From NCBI GenBank assembly GCA_011372825.1, contig DSAK01000093.1, positions 1 to 30,307 of the forward strand: a DNA stretch of 30,307 nt, in the 5' to 3' direction. Within the stretch, counting starts at the first letter, position 1. Each line of letters opens with the position of its first letter. The notes beneath the pieces are model-generated. The model was given only the letters and a program-made list of their open reading frames with translations, did not search any database and was not told where the DNA came from. Both the position numbers and the translations under genes were made by a program. Source of the DNA: Campylobacterota bacterium (GTDB lineage Bacteria > Campylobacterota > Campylobacteria > Campylobacterales > Sulfurovaceae). Shown in pieces: positions 1 through 9,267 of the stretch.

Positions 1-503
1 ACCTCATATCGGCCACGATAAGTCATTGTCCGTCTTACTATATCTCCTAAATGGTACTCATCTTTACCGATTCCATCTTTTGAGATAGTTTTGATAAATT
101 TTTTAAAGGCTTTTGCCCCTTTAATAGCAGCTTTTGCAAGCAATTGTTGCTCTTTTGGAGTTTTTATAATCCTTTTTTGGTGCGAAAAAGCGAAGTGTTC
201 TATCCACTCAACATGGCAATTATTACTTAACAATGAAAATGAAGCAACACTCCACTCATTTGGGTCAAAAGTTACTTTTTTGATACGGTTTTGATTAAGT
301 ATATTGGCTGCTTGTTGCGCCAAATTTCTATCGACTATAACATCAGCTCCTTGAACATTTTCTCTAGCGTCAAGCTCATACCTGCTATCAGTTATAAAAA
401 ATGCTTCACTTCCTAGCTTTAAATACAAAGCATTATCACAACTATATCCACACTCATAATAAATCGAATTCTCATCACGAAGAATATAGTTTTGAGCTGA
501 CAT
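1..503 (-). CDS. M24-family Xaa-Pro aminopeptidase/dipeptidase (PepP/PepQ-like), 3' end runs off the window
   Basis: Hand translation from ATG 503 is open to the window edge: MSAQNYILRDENSIYYECGYSCDNALYL...FITDSRY...RIIKTPKE. FITDSRY and RxIKtxxE are typical of the N-domain and linker of Xaa-Pro peptidases. It starts 3 nt after the aroQ stop, and the aroQ-pepQ order is known from Helicobacter. Confidence 0.85.
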   Translation of the reverse strand, partial: MSAQNYILRDENSIYYECGYSCDNALYLKLGSEAFFITDSRYELDARENVQGADVIVDRNLAQQAANILNQNRIKKVTFDPNEWSVASFSLLSNNCHVEWIEHFAFSHQKRIIKTPKEQQLLAKAAIKGAKAFKKFIKTISKDGIGKDEYHLGDIVRRTMTYRGRYE

Positions 504-506
504 CAA

Positions 507-1004
507 CTACTCCAGATTGTTTGTTGGTTTCTCATCTTTAGCTTTTCTTTGAGCTTCTTGAATAGCCTGAAGCTCACCTAATATCTGTATCATAGCAATC
601 ATCGCTAGATGGTATCCCATAGGTCCCAAACCAACTATTTGTCCAGCACAAACAGGAGCAGTTAATGATTTGTGTCTAAACTCTTCTCGCTGGTGAATAT
701 TTGAGAGGTGAACCTCAATTGCAGGCAATTTCACTGCACTAAGTGCATCACGAATAGCAATTGATGTGTGAGTATATGCCGCTGGATTGATAATGATACC
801 ATCAGCATCTCCTAAGCACTCTTGGATACGATCTACAAGTTCGCCCTCAAAATTGCTTTGAAAAAACTCAATCTCTACTTGGTTTTGATCGGCTACATTT
901 TTCATTTGATTGTGTATATCTTCTAGCTTAATTGGACCATAAACACTTGGCTCTCTTAAGCCTAACAAATTGAGATTTGGTCCTTGAATTACAACGATTT
1001 TCAT
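507..1004 (-). CDS. aroQ: Type II 3-dehydroquinate dehydratase
   Basis: [32 protein letters not shown] and [14 protein letters not shown] motifs; RBS AAGAAGG upstream. Confidence 0.97.
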   Translation of the reverse strand: MKIVVIQGPNLNLLGLREPSVYGPIKLEDIHNQMKNVADQNQVEIEFFQSNFEGELVDRIQECLGDADGIIINPAAYTHTSIAIRDALSAVKLPAIEVHLSNIHQREEFRHKSLTAPVCAGQIVGLGPMGYHLAMIAMIQILGELQAIQEAQRKAKDEKPTNNLE

Positions 1005-1077
1005 GTATCTGCCTTCTTAATAATTTTATAGTATTATTTTATCCTAATAGAAATTAAATCGTATTGAGGAGTGGGAT

Positions 1078-2283
1078 ATGAAAATTTTAACTGCACCTTA
1101 TATTTTTACCCCTCTTGGTTTCAAAGAGAATCAAGCGATTGTTTTTGATAAGAAAATTATAGAGATAGGAACACATCAAACTTTAGAAAAAAAATATCCA
1201 AATGCAATAGTAACTACTCTGCCCAAAAATAGCGTAATCTATCCAGGGTTTATTAATACCCATGTCCATTTAGAGTTCTCTTCAAACAAGACAACACTCA
1301 ACTATGGTGCATTTGTCCCGTGGCTTGAATCAATCATCGCTAACCGCGAAGTTCTTGCAAATAACTCCAAAGCCATGCAAGAGGGATGCAAAGAGATGCT
1401 CCATAGTGGCATAACCACTTTTGGGGCAGTTAGTAGCTATGGATTAGACCTAGATGTGTGTCGCACCTCACCACAAAGAGTTGTGTTTTTCAACGAGTGC
1501 ATAGGGAGCAATCCTGAGATAATTGAGGTACTTTTTAACGATTTTCTCTTGCGTGTTGATACATGCGAATCGGCAAAATCTGATATGCTAATCCCTGCTA
1601 TTGCCATCCATTCCCCATATGCTCTTCACCCTAATATAATTAAAAAGTGTATTGCATTGGCAAAAGAACGCAACTATCCAATAAGTGCACATTTTCTAGA
1701 AAGCCCAGCAGAGAAAGAATGGCTTACTGCTCATTCTGGACCATTTAAAAAGTTTTTTGAAAACTTTTTAGGGGTATCAAAGCCTGTCACGACAATTGAG
1801 CAATTCTTAAGCCACTTCAAAGATACACCAACCCATTTTATCCATGCGTGCGAAGCAAGCTACGATGAGTTACTTATACTCCAAGAAGGTAGTCACTCAA
1901 TCGGGCATTGCCCACGATCAAATAAGCTCTTGGGATGCAAGCGACTTGAGATAGAAAATATCCAAATACCGTGGACTTTAGCGACAGATGGGAAAAGCTC
2001 CAATTGGTCGTTAAATATTTTTGATGAACTTAGAGCCGCCTTAATGCTACATCCTACAGATGATATCAAGGAACTAGCCTATAGGCTCATGGGTAGTATC
2101 ACTCATCAAGCAGCAGATATTCTTGGGGTGTCTTGTGGTAAAATAAAACCAGATATGAGTGCTGATTTTGCTATTGTAACTCTCCCAAAAGCACCACAAA
2201 ATCCAGCAGATATTGCTCTGTGGACTATACTTCACACCAATAATGCAACACAAGTTTATATTCAAGGAGAACGATATGTTTAA
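1078..2283 (+). CDS. Metal-dependent amidohydrolase, aminofutalosine-deaminase-like (chlorohydrolase/COG0402 family)
   Basis: PGFINTHVHLEF (HxH), HSPY, HFLES, HCPRSN and TDGKSSN metal-ligand motifs; RBS GAGGAG; aroQ-divergent, sppA-upstream context as in Campylobacter. The substrate assignment is inference. Confidence 0.8.
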   Translation: MKILTAPYIFTPLGFKENQAIVFDKKIIEIGTHQTLEKKYPNAIVTTLPKNSVIYPGFINTHVHLEFSSNKTTLNYGAFVPWLESIIANREVLANNSKAMQEGCKEMLHSGITTFGAVSSYGLDLDVCRTSPQRVVFFNECIGSNPEIIEVLFNDFLLRVDTCESAKSDMLIPAIAIHSPYALHPNIIKKCIALAKERNYPISAHFLESPAEKEWLTAHSGPFKKFFENFLGVSKPVTTIEQFLSHFKDTPTHFIHACEASYDELLILQEGSHSIGHCPRSNKLLGCKRLEIENIQIPWTLATDGKSSNWSLNIFDELRAALMLHPTDDIKELAYRLMGSITHQAADILGVSCGKIKPDMSADFAIVTLPKAPQNPADIALWTILHTNNATQVYIQGERYV

Positions 2284-3127
2284 AACTATTAGTAATACAC
2301 TACAGTGGATTGGAAGGCATTTTTTGGGAATGCTTTTTGTTTTAATTGCTTTGGTTGTTTTTTTGCCAAAAAGTGAACCAAAAAGCAACGCCAATCTTCA
2401 AGAGATATCTCTTGTTGGTCCAATCGTAGATGCATCTTTAGTGATAAAGGAAATTGAATCTGCACAAAAAGATAGCGCCATAAAAGGGGTTTTATTTAGT
2501 ATTAACTCGCCAGGGGGAAGTGTAGCACCATCTATAGAGATAGCTTACGCTATCTCAGAGCTTAGCAAGCAAAAACCAGTTGTTGTATATGGAGAGAATA
2601 TTGTTGCAAGCGGGGGTTATTATAGTGCTATTTGGGCCGATTATATCGTTGCAAATCCTGGTGCAATTATAGGCTCTATTGGTGTTATCATGCAAAGCCC
2701 TAATTTTGAGACACTAATGGACAAAATAGGGATTCAAACTCAAGTTGTCAAACAAGGGGCATACAAAGAAGCTGGGACTGCTCTAAGGGAGTGGACTACA
2801 CAAGAGAGACACGAGCTCGAACAACTCACGCAAGATACTTATGATTTGTTTATTCAAGATGTTGCAAAAGCAAGGAAGCTTGATGTAAATAACTCATCAC
2901 TCTATGCTGATGCAAGGATTTTTTCTGCTAAACGGGCAAAAAGTGTAGGTCTCATCGACGAAATAGGCACCAAACAAACTGCAAAAGCAAAAGTGGCTTC
3001 TTTGGCTAATATAGATGACCCTAAGTGGAAAGAGAAAAATAAAATAGAAGCGATGATGGAACGATTTGCAACTCAAAATATACTTCGTATCATAAGCTAC
3101 GGATATGGGTTAAAAAGCTCATTTTGA
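2276..3127 (+). CDS. sppA: Signal peptide peptidase SppA (single-domain, S49)
   Basis: INSPGGSV, ASGGYY, GSIGVI and YKEAG motifs with an N-terminal TM. The likely start is ATG 2276 (MFKTIS...), overlapping the upstream stop, rather than 2213. Confidence 0.93.
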   Translation: MFKTISNTLQWIGRHFLGMLFVLIALVVFLPKSEPKSNANLQEISLVGPIVDASLVIKEIESAQKDSAIKGVLFSINSPGGSVAPSIEIAYAISELSKQKPVVVYGENIVASGGYYSAIWADYIVANPGAIIGSIGVIMQSPNFETLMDKIGIQTQVVKQGAYKEAGTALREWTTQERHELEQLTQDTYDLFIQDVAKARKLDVNNSSLYADARIFSAKRAKSVGLIDEIGTKQTAKAKVASLANIDDPKWKEKNKIEAMMERFATQNILRIISYGYGLKSSF

Positions 3128-4891
3128 GTCAAAATACCCATTTTTATGTAGCCATTTGTAGATATCAGCTGCAATTGGTCCTGCTGCACTACCACCATGT
3201 CCACCATGCTCCACCAATACAGTAACAACTATCTTTGGTTTTTCGTATGGGGCATATGTAGTAAGCCATGCATGAGATCTGTGGTAGTAGTCCATCTCCT
3301 CTTCTTTCATCCTCACTTTGACATCTTTTGGGATACCAACCACTTGAGAAGTCCCTGTTTTTCCAGCAACTACAATTGGTAAATTACGCATGTAATTATA
3401 TGCCGTACCCCCAGGAGTATTACACACATCATACATCCCCTTTCTTGCCTCAGGTAAAAATTCTTCAGGGAGTGAAATTTTTTCGATATGTTGCTGATGG
3501 ATATCTGCTAGTAATGGAGTTGGCAACGACGATGTAGCAATCAGTGCTGTATGGCGTGCCATTTGCAATGGGGTTGAGAGTGTATATCCTTGCCCGATAG
3601 AAGCATTGACTGTTTCCCCTAAATACCACGATTTTTTATAACGTTTCATTTTCCATTCAATATCAGGAACGATCCCAACACTCTCGTGTGGCAAATCTAT
3701 ACCTGTAGGGACACCTAGTCCCATAAGGCGTAAACCTTTTGCCATATTATTTATACCAACCTCTAAGCTTTTATTATAAAAATAGACATCACAACTCTCT
3801 CTGATGGCTTTTCTTAAATCAACACTACCATGACCCCTACTCTTCCAGCAACGAAATTTATGATTTGTTGCTCCAACTTCTATGTGCCCTTTGCAATACT
3901 CGTTACGATTTAAAATCCCTGGCTTTGCCATCTCAAAAGCTAAAGCCATTCCCATCTTAATGCTAGAGCCAGGCGGATACTGTCCATTGAGAAATTTGTT
4001 TGTAAATGGGCGATCAAAATCCTCTTGTAGCTCTTTCCACTGGGCATGAGAAATCCCAGTTGTGAATATATTTGGGTCATAACTAGGGGTACTAACAGCA
4101 GCCAAAACCTCACCTGTCGTTTTCATCACAACTACAGCTCCAGCACTTTTGCCAAAACGGTCATAAATCATTTTTTGCAATTCTATATCCAAAAAGAGAT
4201 TGAGATTTCTATTCTCTTTTGCTGGAATTGTTTGAATGATTTCAACCTCTTTGTTAGTTGCAGTTACTTTTACGACATTTGCCCCTAGCTCACCTTGCAA
4301 ATGGGTATTATATTGTTTCTCAAGGGAGCTTTTACCTATCCTTCCTACCTCCTTGACTGTAGTATCTTGTGCGTTTTCTTCCTGATTTGAGTGGCCGATA
4401 TAACCAATAACATGAGCAACATACTTTCCATAAGGATAGTACCTTTTTGCCTCAGCTTCTATAAGAATATTTTCATTCAAACTTAAGTGTGGATATACCC
4501 CTATCATATCCTTATAGGGGATAAAATCTGCAACTTTTATAAACTTATGATTATAAGGTGAATTTTTTTTGGTGTAAACGTTGTGCATGACAGTTTGATT
4601 TAAATCATTAAATGCGTTATGAAGTGCTTGTATCGCTTGAGTCAATTCAGAAGAATCTTTTTTTAGATGTGGCTTGATAGAGATAGAAAAACCTATTTGA
4701 TTCATTGCCAAAAGCTTCCCGTTGGTATCAAAAATCTCACCACGAATGGGGACAATAGGGATTGTTTTAAAGGTATTAGCTTTTGCTAATTTTTCATAGT
4801 ACAAATTTGACTGAACGCTTATATAATAAAGTCTACCTACCAAAACCATCCAAAAAACAAAAAAGATTGCAAAGACGATTTTATATCTCAT
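3119..4891 (-). CDS. mrdA: Penicillin-binding protein 2 (class B transpeptidase)
   Basis: N-terminal TM, RGEIFD and RYYPYG dimerisation-domain motifs, catalytic PPGSSIK (SxxK), SCD (SxN-like) and KTGT. Confidence 0.95.
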   Translation of the reverse strand: MRYKIVFAIFFVFWMVLVGRLYYISVQSNLYYEKLAKANTFKTIPIVPIRGEIFDTNGKLLAMNQIGFSISIKPHLKKDSSELTQAIQALHNAFNDLNQTVMHNVYTKKNSPYNHKFIKVADFIPYKDMIGVYPHLSLNENILIEAEAKRYYPYGKYVAHVIGYIGHSNQEENAQDTTVKEVGRIGKSSLEKQYNTHLQGELGANVVKVTATNKEVEIIQTIPAKENRNLNLFLDIELQKMIYDRFGKSAGAVVVMKTTGEVLAAVSTPSYDPNIFTTGISHAQWKELQEDFDRPFTNKFLNGQYPPGSSIKMGMALAFEMAKPGILNRNEYCKGHIEVGATNHKFRCWKSRGHGSVDLRKAIRESCDVYFYNKSLEVGINNMAKGLRLMGLGVPTGIDLPHESVGIVPDIEWKMKRYKKSWYLGETVNASIGQGYTLSTPLQMARHTALIATSSLPTPLLADIHQQHIEKISLPEEFLPEARKGMYDVCNTPGGTAYNYMRNLPIVVAGKTGTSQVVGIPKDVKVRMKEEEMDYYHRSHAWLTTYAPYEKPKIVVTVLVEHGGHGGSAAGPIAADIYKWLHKNGYFDSK

Positions 4892-5349
4892 AACGCTATC
4901 GCCAAAACCATATCAATAAATACTGAGTAAAATAAAAGGAAATTAAAATCGATACTAGTAGTATGAAAAACAAAATCATAAAAAATCAAACTCAAAAAAT
5001 ACAATATATCAATCAAGACTACACTCATAACAGCTTGACAAATACGACAACTAGCAAATATGGTTGTCCACCTAAAAAAATAGAGATAAAAAAATAGTGT
5101 CGATATAATAGAAAGTAAAAATGGCAAAGAGAGGTTAATCTCAAGGTTTAAAAGATAAAAACTACCCAGTAAAATAAGAACATAATTTTCTCTAGTAATG
5201 CCTAAAACTATCGCATACCCCGCAACTCCAATAAGAAGAGGTAAAAATACATAGATAGAGATTAACATCGGATAAAATATGATAAATATAGAGATACCAA
5301 GCCATATAAAAAAACTTTTTGGTGATGATAAAATAGGCTTTAAATACAC
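4888..5349 (-). CDS. Polytopic membrane protein upstream of mrdA (MreD-positioned, uncharacterised)
   Basis: About 153 aa and almost entirely hydrophobic. A probable GTG start at 5349 follows GGAG, and the stop overlaps the mrdA ATG (ATGA). The start is uncertain because the ORF is open to 5499. Confidence 0.7.
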   Translation of the reverse strand: MYLKPILSSPKSFFIWLGISIFIIFYPMLISIYVFLPLLIGVAGYAIVLGITRENYVLILLGSFYLLNLEINLSLPFLLSIISTLFFYLYFFRWTTIFASCRICQAVMSVVLIDILYFLSLIFYDFVFHTTSIDFNFLLFYSVFIDMVLAIAL

Positions 5350-5353
5350 GTAT

Positions 5354-5821
5354 CTACTCCCATAGTTTATAGACCAAAGCGCTTTCATTGCAAACAGGAA
5401 AATGGATACATTTAATGCAATCAGCCCAAATCTTTTGTTCTGGAATTGCCTCTTTTTGTATCTCAACAAACCCCAATTTATGAAAAAATTGTGGAACATA
5501 TGTAAGGGCTAAAACTTCCCTTTGTACCCCTATATCCTTTGCCTCATTGAGTGCAAAGAGCACCATCTTTCTTCCAATGTCTTGACCTCTATAAGATGGG
5601 TGAACAATCAAACTACGAATCTCTGCTAATGCTTTTGAGTGAATATGTAATGCTGTATAACCGACCAAAATATTTTCATCTTTTGCTAATACATAAGAGC
5701 GAATATTGGTTGCCATCTCGTCTTCACTTCTATACAAAATAGTCCCATCTTTAACATCTGAACGGACCAATAACTGCATTTGCTCAATGTCTTGAAGTGT
5801 TGCCTTAGATAGCAGTATCAT
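5354..5821 (-). CDS. Stand-alone GNAT N-acetyltransferase, short ArgA/N-acetylglutamate-synthase-like
   Basis: LAEIRSLIVHPSYRGQDIG acetyl-CoA motif A, VLALTYVPQFFHKLGF, and C-terminal KIWADCIKCIHFPVC. Likely start is ATG 5821. Confidence 0.8.
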   Translation of the reverse strand: MILLSKATLQDIEQMQLLVRSDVKDGTILYRSEDEMATNIRSYVLAKDENILVGYTALHIHSKALAEIRSLIVHPSYRGQDIGRKMVLFALNEAKDIGVQREVLALTYVPQFFHKLGFVEIQKEAIPEQKIWADCIKCIHFPVCNESALVYKLWE

Positions 5822-6431
5822 ATGGTACTCCAAAAATAGTAGAGAGTATCTCTTTGTGAATAGGCTCTAGCGTAAGTGGCTTGAGATTTGAAAATGTTAT
5901 AGCGTTAGGAAAATCACGCTTTAATGCTGCTTTTTCTTTTTGACCCAACTTATCAATCTTTGTAAAAAGGGCAAGATATCGTTGGTCTGGCTTTAGTATC
6001 TTCTCTATATACTCTTGGACATTATTATCTATTTGTGTTTGAGGGTGCCTTGCATCTCTTAGATGGATGAAAATCCGTATAGAAACCCTATCGTGTATAA
6101 AATCTAAAAGGTTTTTTTGCCACGCCTCTTTAAGTGTTTTTGAAACTTTTGCATATCCAAAACCAGGTAAATCTACAAAACGCAATGGATAAATTTGCTC
6201 ATTGTAACCATAGTCTATCTCAAAGAAATTTATCAATTGTGTTTTTCCTGGAGTAGAAGAGCTTTTTGCAAGGTTTTTTCTATTGCATAGAGCATTAATA
6301 GTAGAGCTTTTACCTACGTTTGAGCGACCCAAAAAAACAACCTCGCTGGTATTTTCCGGCAAACTATCTTTCAAGCTTTGTGCCGATTTAATAAAAGATG
6401 CTTGTTTGATCACGACATGACTTTTTCTCAC
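5805..6431 (-). CDS. engB: Ribosome-biogenesis GTPase EngB/YihA
   Basis: GRSNVGKSS (G1), SSTPGKT (G2), DLPGFG (G3) and TKID (G4). The exact start (GTG 6431 or a nearby GTG) is uncertain. Confidence 0.95.
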   Translation of the reverse strand: MRKSHVVIKQASFIKSAQSLKDSLPENTSEVVFLGRSNVGKSSTINALCNRKNLAKSSSTPGKTQLINFFEIDYGYNEQIYPLRFVDLPGFGYAKVSKTLKEAWQKNLLDFIHDRVSIRIFIHLRDARHPQTQIDNNVQEYIEKILKPDQRYLALFTKIDKLGQKEKAALKRDFPNAITFSNLKPLTLEPIHKEILSTIFGVPYDTAI

Positions 6432-6895
6432 TTTTTCTCACTTTTTTGAATATCAAAGATAAAACGCACTGGCTTATTCTTCTTGCCTTTGACTGTTGAA
6501 CGACCTGTTGTCATATCAAGCATTATCTCTGTACCGGCTAAATGTCGCTTATTTATCAAGTCATCAATGGTTGCTTGTTCGTACAAATGGTAACGAGAAA
6601 TAAGTGGAAAATATTGAACTTTTTGTGCTTTTCCCTTGAAATGTCTATTTGGCTCTTTGACCTCAAATTTTACATCACCCAAAGCTTGATACTCTTTGGT
6701 CTCATTATTTTCGTCAAAAAAAACTATCACTTTATCCGCATCTAACCAACTTTTATTTTGTTTAATTTTGACATTACCGATAAAATGTATCTCTTTTGTC
6801 TCTTCGTATGCTTCCATCTGCTCAGCTGTAACTTCAATTTTATCAGCAAAAACAAAGACCACTAAAAACAAAACAGATAGCCAAAAATGCCGCAT
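6428..6895 (-). CDS. lptA: LPS transport periplasmic protein LptA (OstA-like)
   Basis: Signal peptide, IEVTAEQM..., FIGNVKIKQ beta-jellyroll pattern and PVRFIF C-terminus; kdsC-lptC-lptA order. Confidence 0.85.
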   Translation of the reverse strand: MRHFWLSVLFLVVFVFADKIEVTAEQMEAYEETKEIHFIGNVKIKQNKSWLDADKVIVFFDENNETKEYQALGDVKFEVKEPNRHFKGKAQKVQYFPLISRYHLYEQATIDDLINKRHLAGTEIMLDMTTGRSTVKGKKNKPVRFIFDIQKSEKK

Positions 6896-6919
6896 CTATA
6901 CTCCAATTAATTTTTATAT

Positions 6920-6928
6920 ATTATACCA
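6920..6928 (-). promoter_or_regulatory. Internal extended -10 upstream of lptA
   Basis: TGGTATAAT in the 49-nt lptC-lptA gap, with GGAG RBS before ATG 6895. Confidence 0.55.
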
Positions 6929-6944
6929 TTTTATCAATTTTAAG

Positions 6945-7460
6945 CTACTTCGATGTATTCATATCTATAAGAGCATTAACCTCTTTTGCCTTTATTGTAC
7001 GCTTATTTGCATCATATATTAGACTAGAACCACGAAAAATATGCAAAGGTGTAGTTGCAACAAAAGGGGTAGGAATCTCTAGTTTTGACAACTCCTTGTA
7101 GTAGATGGCCTCTTGCGATTGACATCGCATACCATCTTTATAATACAAGTCAACATCTCCTCTTAAAGTCAAACTTTTAGTATCATATACCCCCTGCAGT
7201 GCTGTGAGTTTTTCTATATTATTATCTTTATAGTAAACATTATCAAGGGTTAAGATATTTCTCTGTCTAACCCCATAAGTTGCAAAAGTATATCCCAATA
7301 GACTTGTATCGTCAACCTCTATAAGGGTTGTATTGGTAAACTCTAAATCTCTATTATTATTCTCTTTTTTCATCTCTTTGGATGCACCTTTAACTAAAAA
7401 AGCGTAAATCAAAATAAATAAAATCATCCCTATTAGGGTATATTGTAATTTTATTCCCAT
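6945..7460 (-). CDS. lptC: LptC-like LPS export protein
   Basis: N-terminal TM followed by beta-rich repeats (LTLRGDVDL, FRGSSLIYD); lies between kdsC and lptA. Confidence 0.72.
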   Translation of the reverse strand: MGIKLQYTLIGMILFILIYAFLVKGASKEMKKENNNRDLEFTNTTLIEVDDTSLLGYTFATYGVRQRNILTLDNVYYKDNNIEKLTALQGVYDTKSLTLRGDVDLYYKDGMRCQSQEAIYYKELSKLEIPTPFVATTPLHIFRGSSLIYDANKRTIKAKEVNALIDMNTSK

Positions 7461-7948
7461 TGAGCCAAATACTCACTTGATAGCCCCTCATGAGCTATAA
7501 GATACTCTATCATTTCACGCACAGCCCCACTTCCACCCTTTGCAGTTAAGACATGAGAGACTCTACTTATTATATGCAAACTAGCATCAGATGGAGCAAA
7601 CGATATCTTTGCAAGTTCTAACATCGATAAGTCATTGAGGTCATCTCCAATAGCAGCTACATTTTCCCAAGACAAATCAAGCTCTTTTAGGATGTTAAGT
7701 AGGACGGTTTTTTTATCTTTTATCCCCTCATAAAAATGTCCAATGCCCAACTCTTTTGCTCTTCTAGCTATAATTGGAGATACTCTTCCTGTGATTATAG
7801 CAACCTCTTTGCCCAACTTAATCCAACTATCAATTCCAAGCCCATCTTTAACACTAAAAGATTTTATCTCATCTCCGCTACTGGTATATGATATGCGACC
7901 GTCAGTCATTGTCCCATCAACATCTAAAACAATTAATTTGATACTCAT
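7451..7948 (-). CDS. kdsC: KDO 8-phosphate phosphatase (HAD family)
   Basis: LDVDGTMTDG, FSVKDGLGI, AIITGR, IGDDLND and GGSGAVRE motifs. Confidence 0.95.
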   Translation of the reverse strand: MSIKLIVLDVDGTMTDGRISYTSSGDEIKSFSVKDGLGIDSWIKLGKEVAIITGRVSPIIARRAKELGIGHFYEGIKDKKTVLLNILKELDLSWENVAAIGDDLNDLSMLELAKISFAPSDASLHIISRVSHVLTAKGGSGAVREMIEYLIAHEGLSSEYLAQWE

Positions 7949-8517
7949 AGCACCCCTTTAGTGCTAGGTATACCAGCACTTTGGTTATACTTAACTGCCC
8001 TTCTTAATGCTACTGCTAGTGCTTTAAACGCAGCCTCAACTATATGGTGCTTATTGCTACCTCTTTGGTAGACCAAATGGAGTGTCATAGGCAAACTCAT
8101 AGTTAGAGCCTTGAAAAATTCCTCCACCAATTCTGCATCAAAATTCCCAATTTTTCCACCAATTGGCAAATCAAATACCAAATAGCCACGATTTGAAAGG
8201 TCAATATCGCACCCTACACTAGCCTCATCCATTACAACTATTGCATTTCCGTACCTCTCAATATTTGCTACTGGATAGATAGCCTCTCTTAGAGCTTGTC
8301 CTAAAACTATGCCCACATCTTCAACACTATGATGGTCGTCAATGTGGATATCGCCATCACAAAATACTTCAAGGTTCATATGCGAATGTCTACCAAATGC
8401 CTCAAGCATATGATCAAAAAAACCGATACCTGTTTTGATTTTTGTCTCACCCTTGCCATACAAATCCAAACGTACAACTATATCAGTCTCTTTTGTTTTT
8501 CTTGCTATCTCTATCAA
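7945..8517 (-). CDS. hisB: Imidazoleglycerol-phosphate dehydratase
   Basis: RKTKETDI, TGIGFFDHML, DDHHSVED, NKHHIVEA and PSTKG motifs; TTG start after AAGGAG. Confidence 0.97.
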   Translation of the reverse strand: MIEIARKTKETDIVVRLDLYGKGETKIKTGIGFFDHMLEAFGRHSHMNLEVFCDGDIHIDDHHSVEDVGIVLGQALREAIYPVANIERYGNAIVVMDEASVGCDIDLSNRGYLVFDLPIGGKIGNFDAELVEEFFKALTMSLPMTLHLVYQRGSNKHHIVEAAFKALAVALRRAVKYNQSAGIPSTKGVL

Positions 8518-8529
8518 TTTTTCTCCTTC

Positions 8530-9267
8530 TTATTGTCTGACGACAGACGCACCACTTAAGCCATTTCTAGCTATAAAATCTCTTGCTTCTTCTTCTGAAG
8601 CAAAGCCCATCATCCAAACACGATATATTTCCCCGTCTGCTATCTTAGATCTTTTGACCATTGTCTTGTACTTAGGGTGAGAACTCGCATAACGCAAACG
8701 GTAGACATGTGCCCCCTCAAGTCGTCTAAATGCTCCAACTTGTACCCCAAAATTGCCAGTAAGCACTTTTTGTTGTGGTACTGATGTGGAAGCTGCTTTG
8801 CCAGAAAAACCTATGACTTTAATTTCAACTTCAGCTAATCCTGTTTTATCAAGTCCAATCTCTTTGCCAGCAGCAAAACTACAATCTATAATCCGCCCGG
8901 CTACAAAGGGGCCTCTATCGTTGATTCTAACAGTAGTTTTTTGACCGGTTTTAAGATTTTTTACCTCAACTATTGTATCCATAGGCCAAGTTTTATGTGC
9001 TGCAGTTTTTGCATACATATTGTACACCTCTCCATTGCTTGTGCGTTTTCCATGGAAATTTGGCCCATACCAACTTGCAACTCCACGCATCTTTTGTCCA
9101 ACATGTACAGGAGTAGGATGGTATCTTTTGCCAGCTATGGTATAGCTTCTCATTGTTGCTTTGTGACGATTAGGTGTTATGTAGCCAGTGTTGGTTTTTT
9201 TTTGTGAACACCCTTGAAGCAATAACAATGCAAATAAAATTACTATCGACAAAGCAAGGGCTCTCAC
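8530..9267 (-). CDS. rlpA: Septal ring lytic transglycosylase RlpA lipoprotein with C-terminal SPOR domain
   Basis: Lipobox LQGC; GVASWYG, TAAHKT and RINDRGPF (DPBB) motifs; VQVGAF SPOR motif; GTG start after GGAG. Confidence 0.95.
   Translation of the reverse strand: MRALALSIVILFALLLLQGCSQKKTNTGYITPNRHKATMRSYTIAGKRYHPTPVHVGQKMRGVASWYGPNFHGKRTSNGEVYNMYAKTAAHKTWPMDTIVEVKNLKTGQKTTVRINDRGPFVAGRIIDCSFAAGKEIGLDKTGLAEVEIKVIGFSGKAASTSVPQQKVLTGNFGVQVGAFRRLEGAHVYRLRYASSHPKYKTMVKRSKIADGEIYRVWMMGFASEEEARDFIARNGLSGASVVRQ

Noticed and set aside
91-294. Short plus-strand ORF (67 aa) and the many other 60-160 aa ORFs antisense to or nested in long genes (e.g. 2074-2394, 17538-17825, 20394-20771, 22340-22831, 22996-23433)
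   Set aside because: They lie on the opposite strand or in an alternative frame of well-supported genes and have no recognisable motifs, so they are best explained as shadow ORFs.
6421-6447. Tandem 10-mer CTTTTTCTCA x2 plus partial copy at the lptA/engB junction
   Set aside because: It is short, simply encodes Lys/Glu-rich codons and the GTGA overlap, and has no features of a functional repeat.
9195-9203. A9 homopolymer just after the rlpA lipobox (and A8 in mrdA near 4563-4570)
   Set aside because: The genes are in frame and poly-A runs are common at this AT content. Phase-variable tracts in this phylum are typically poly-G/C, and none was seen.
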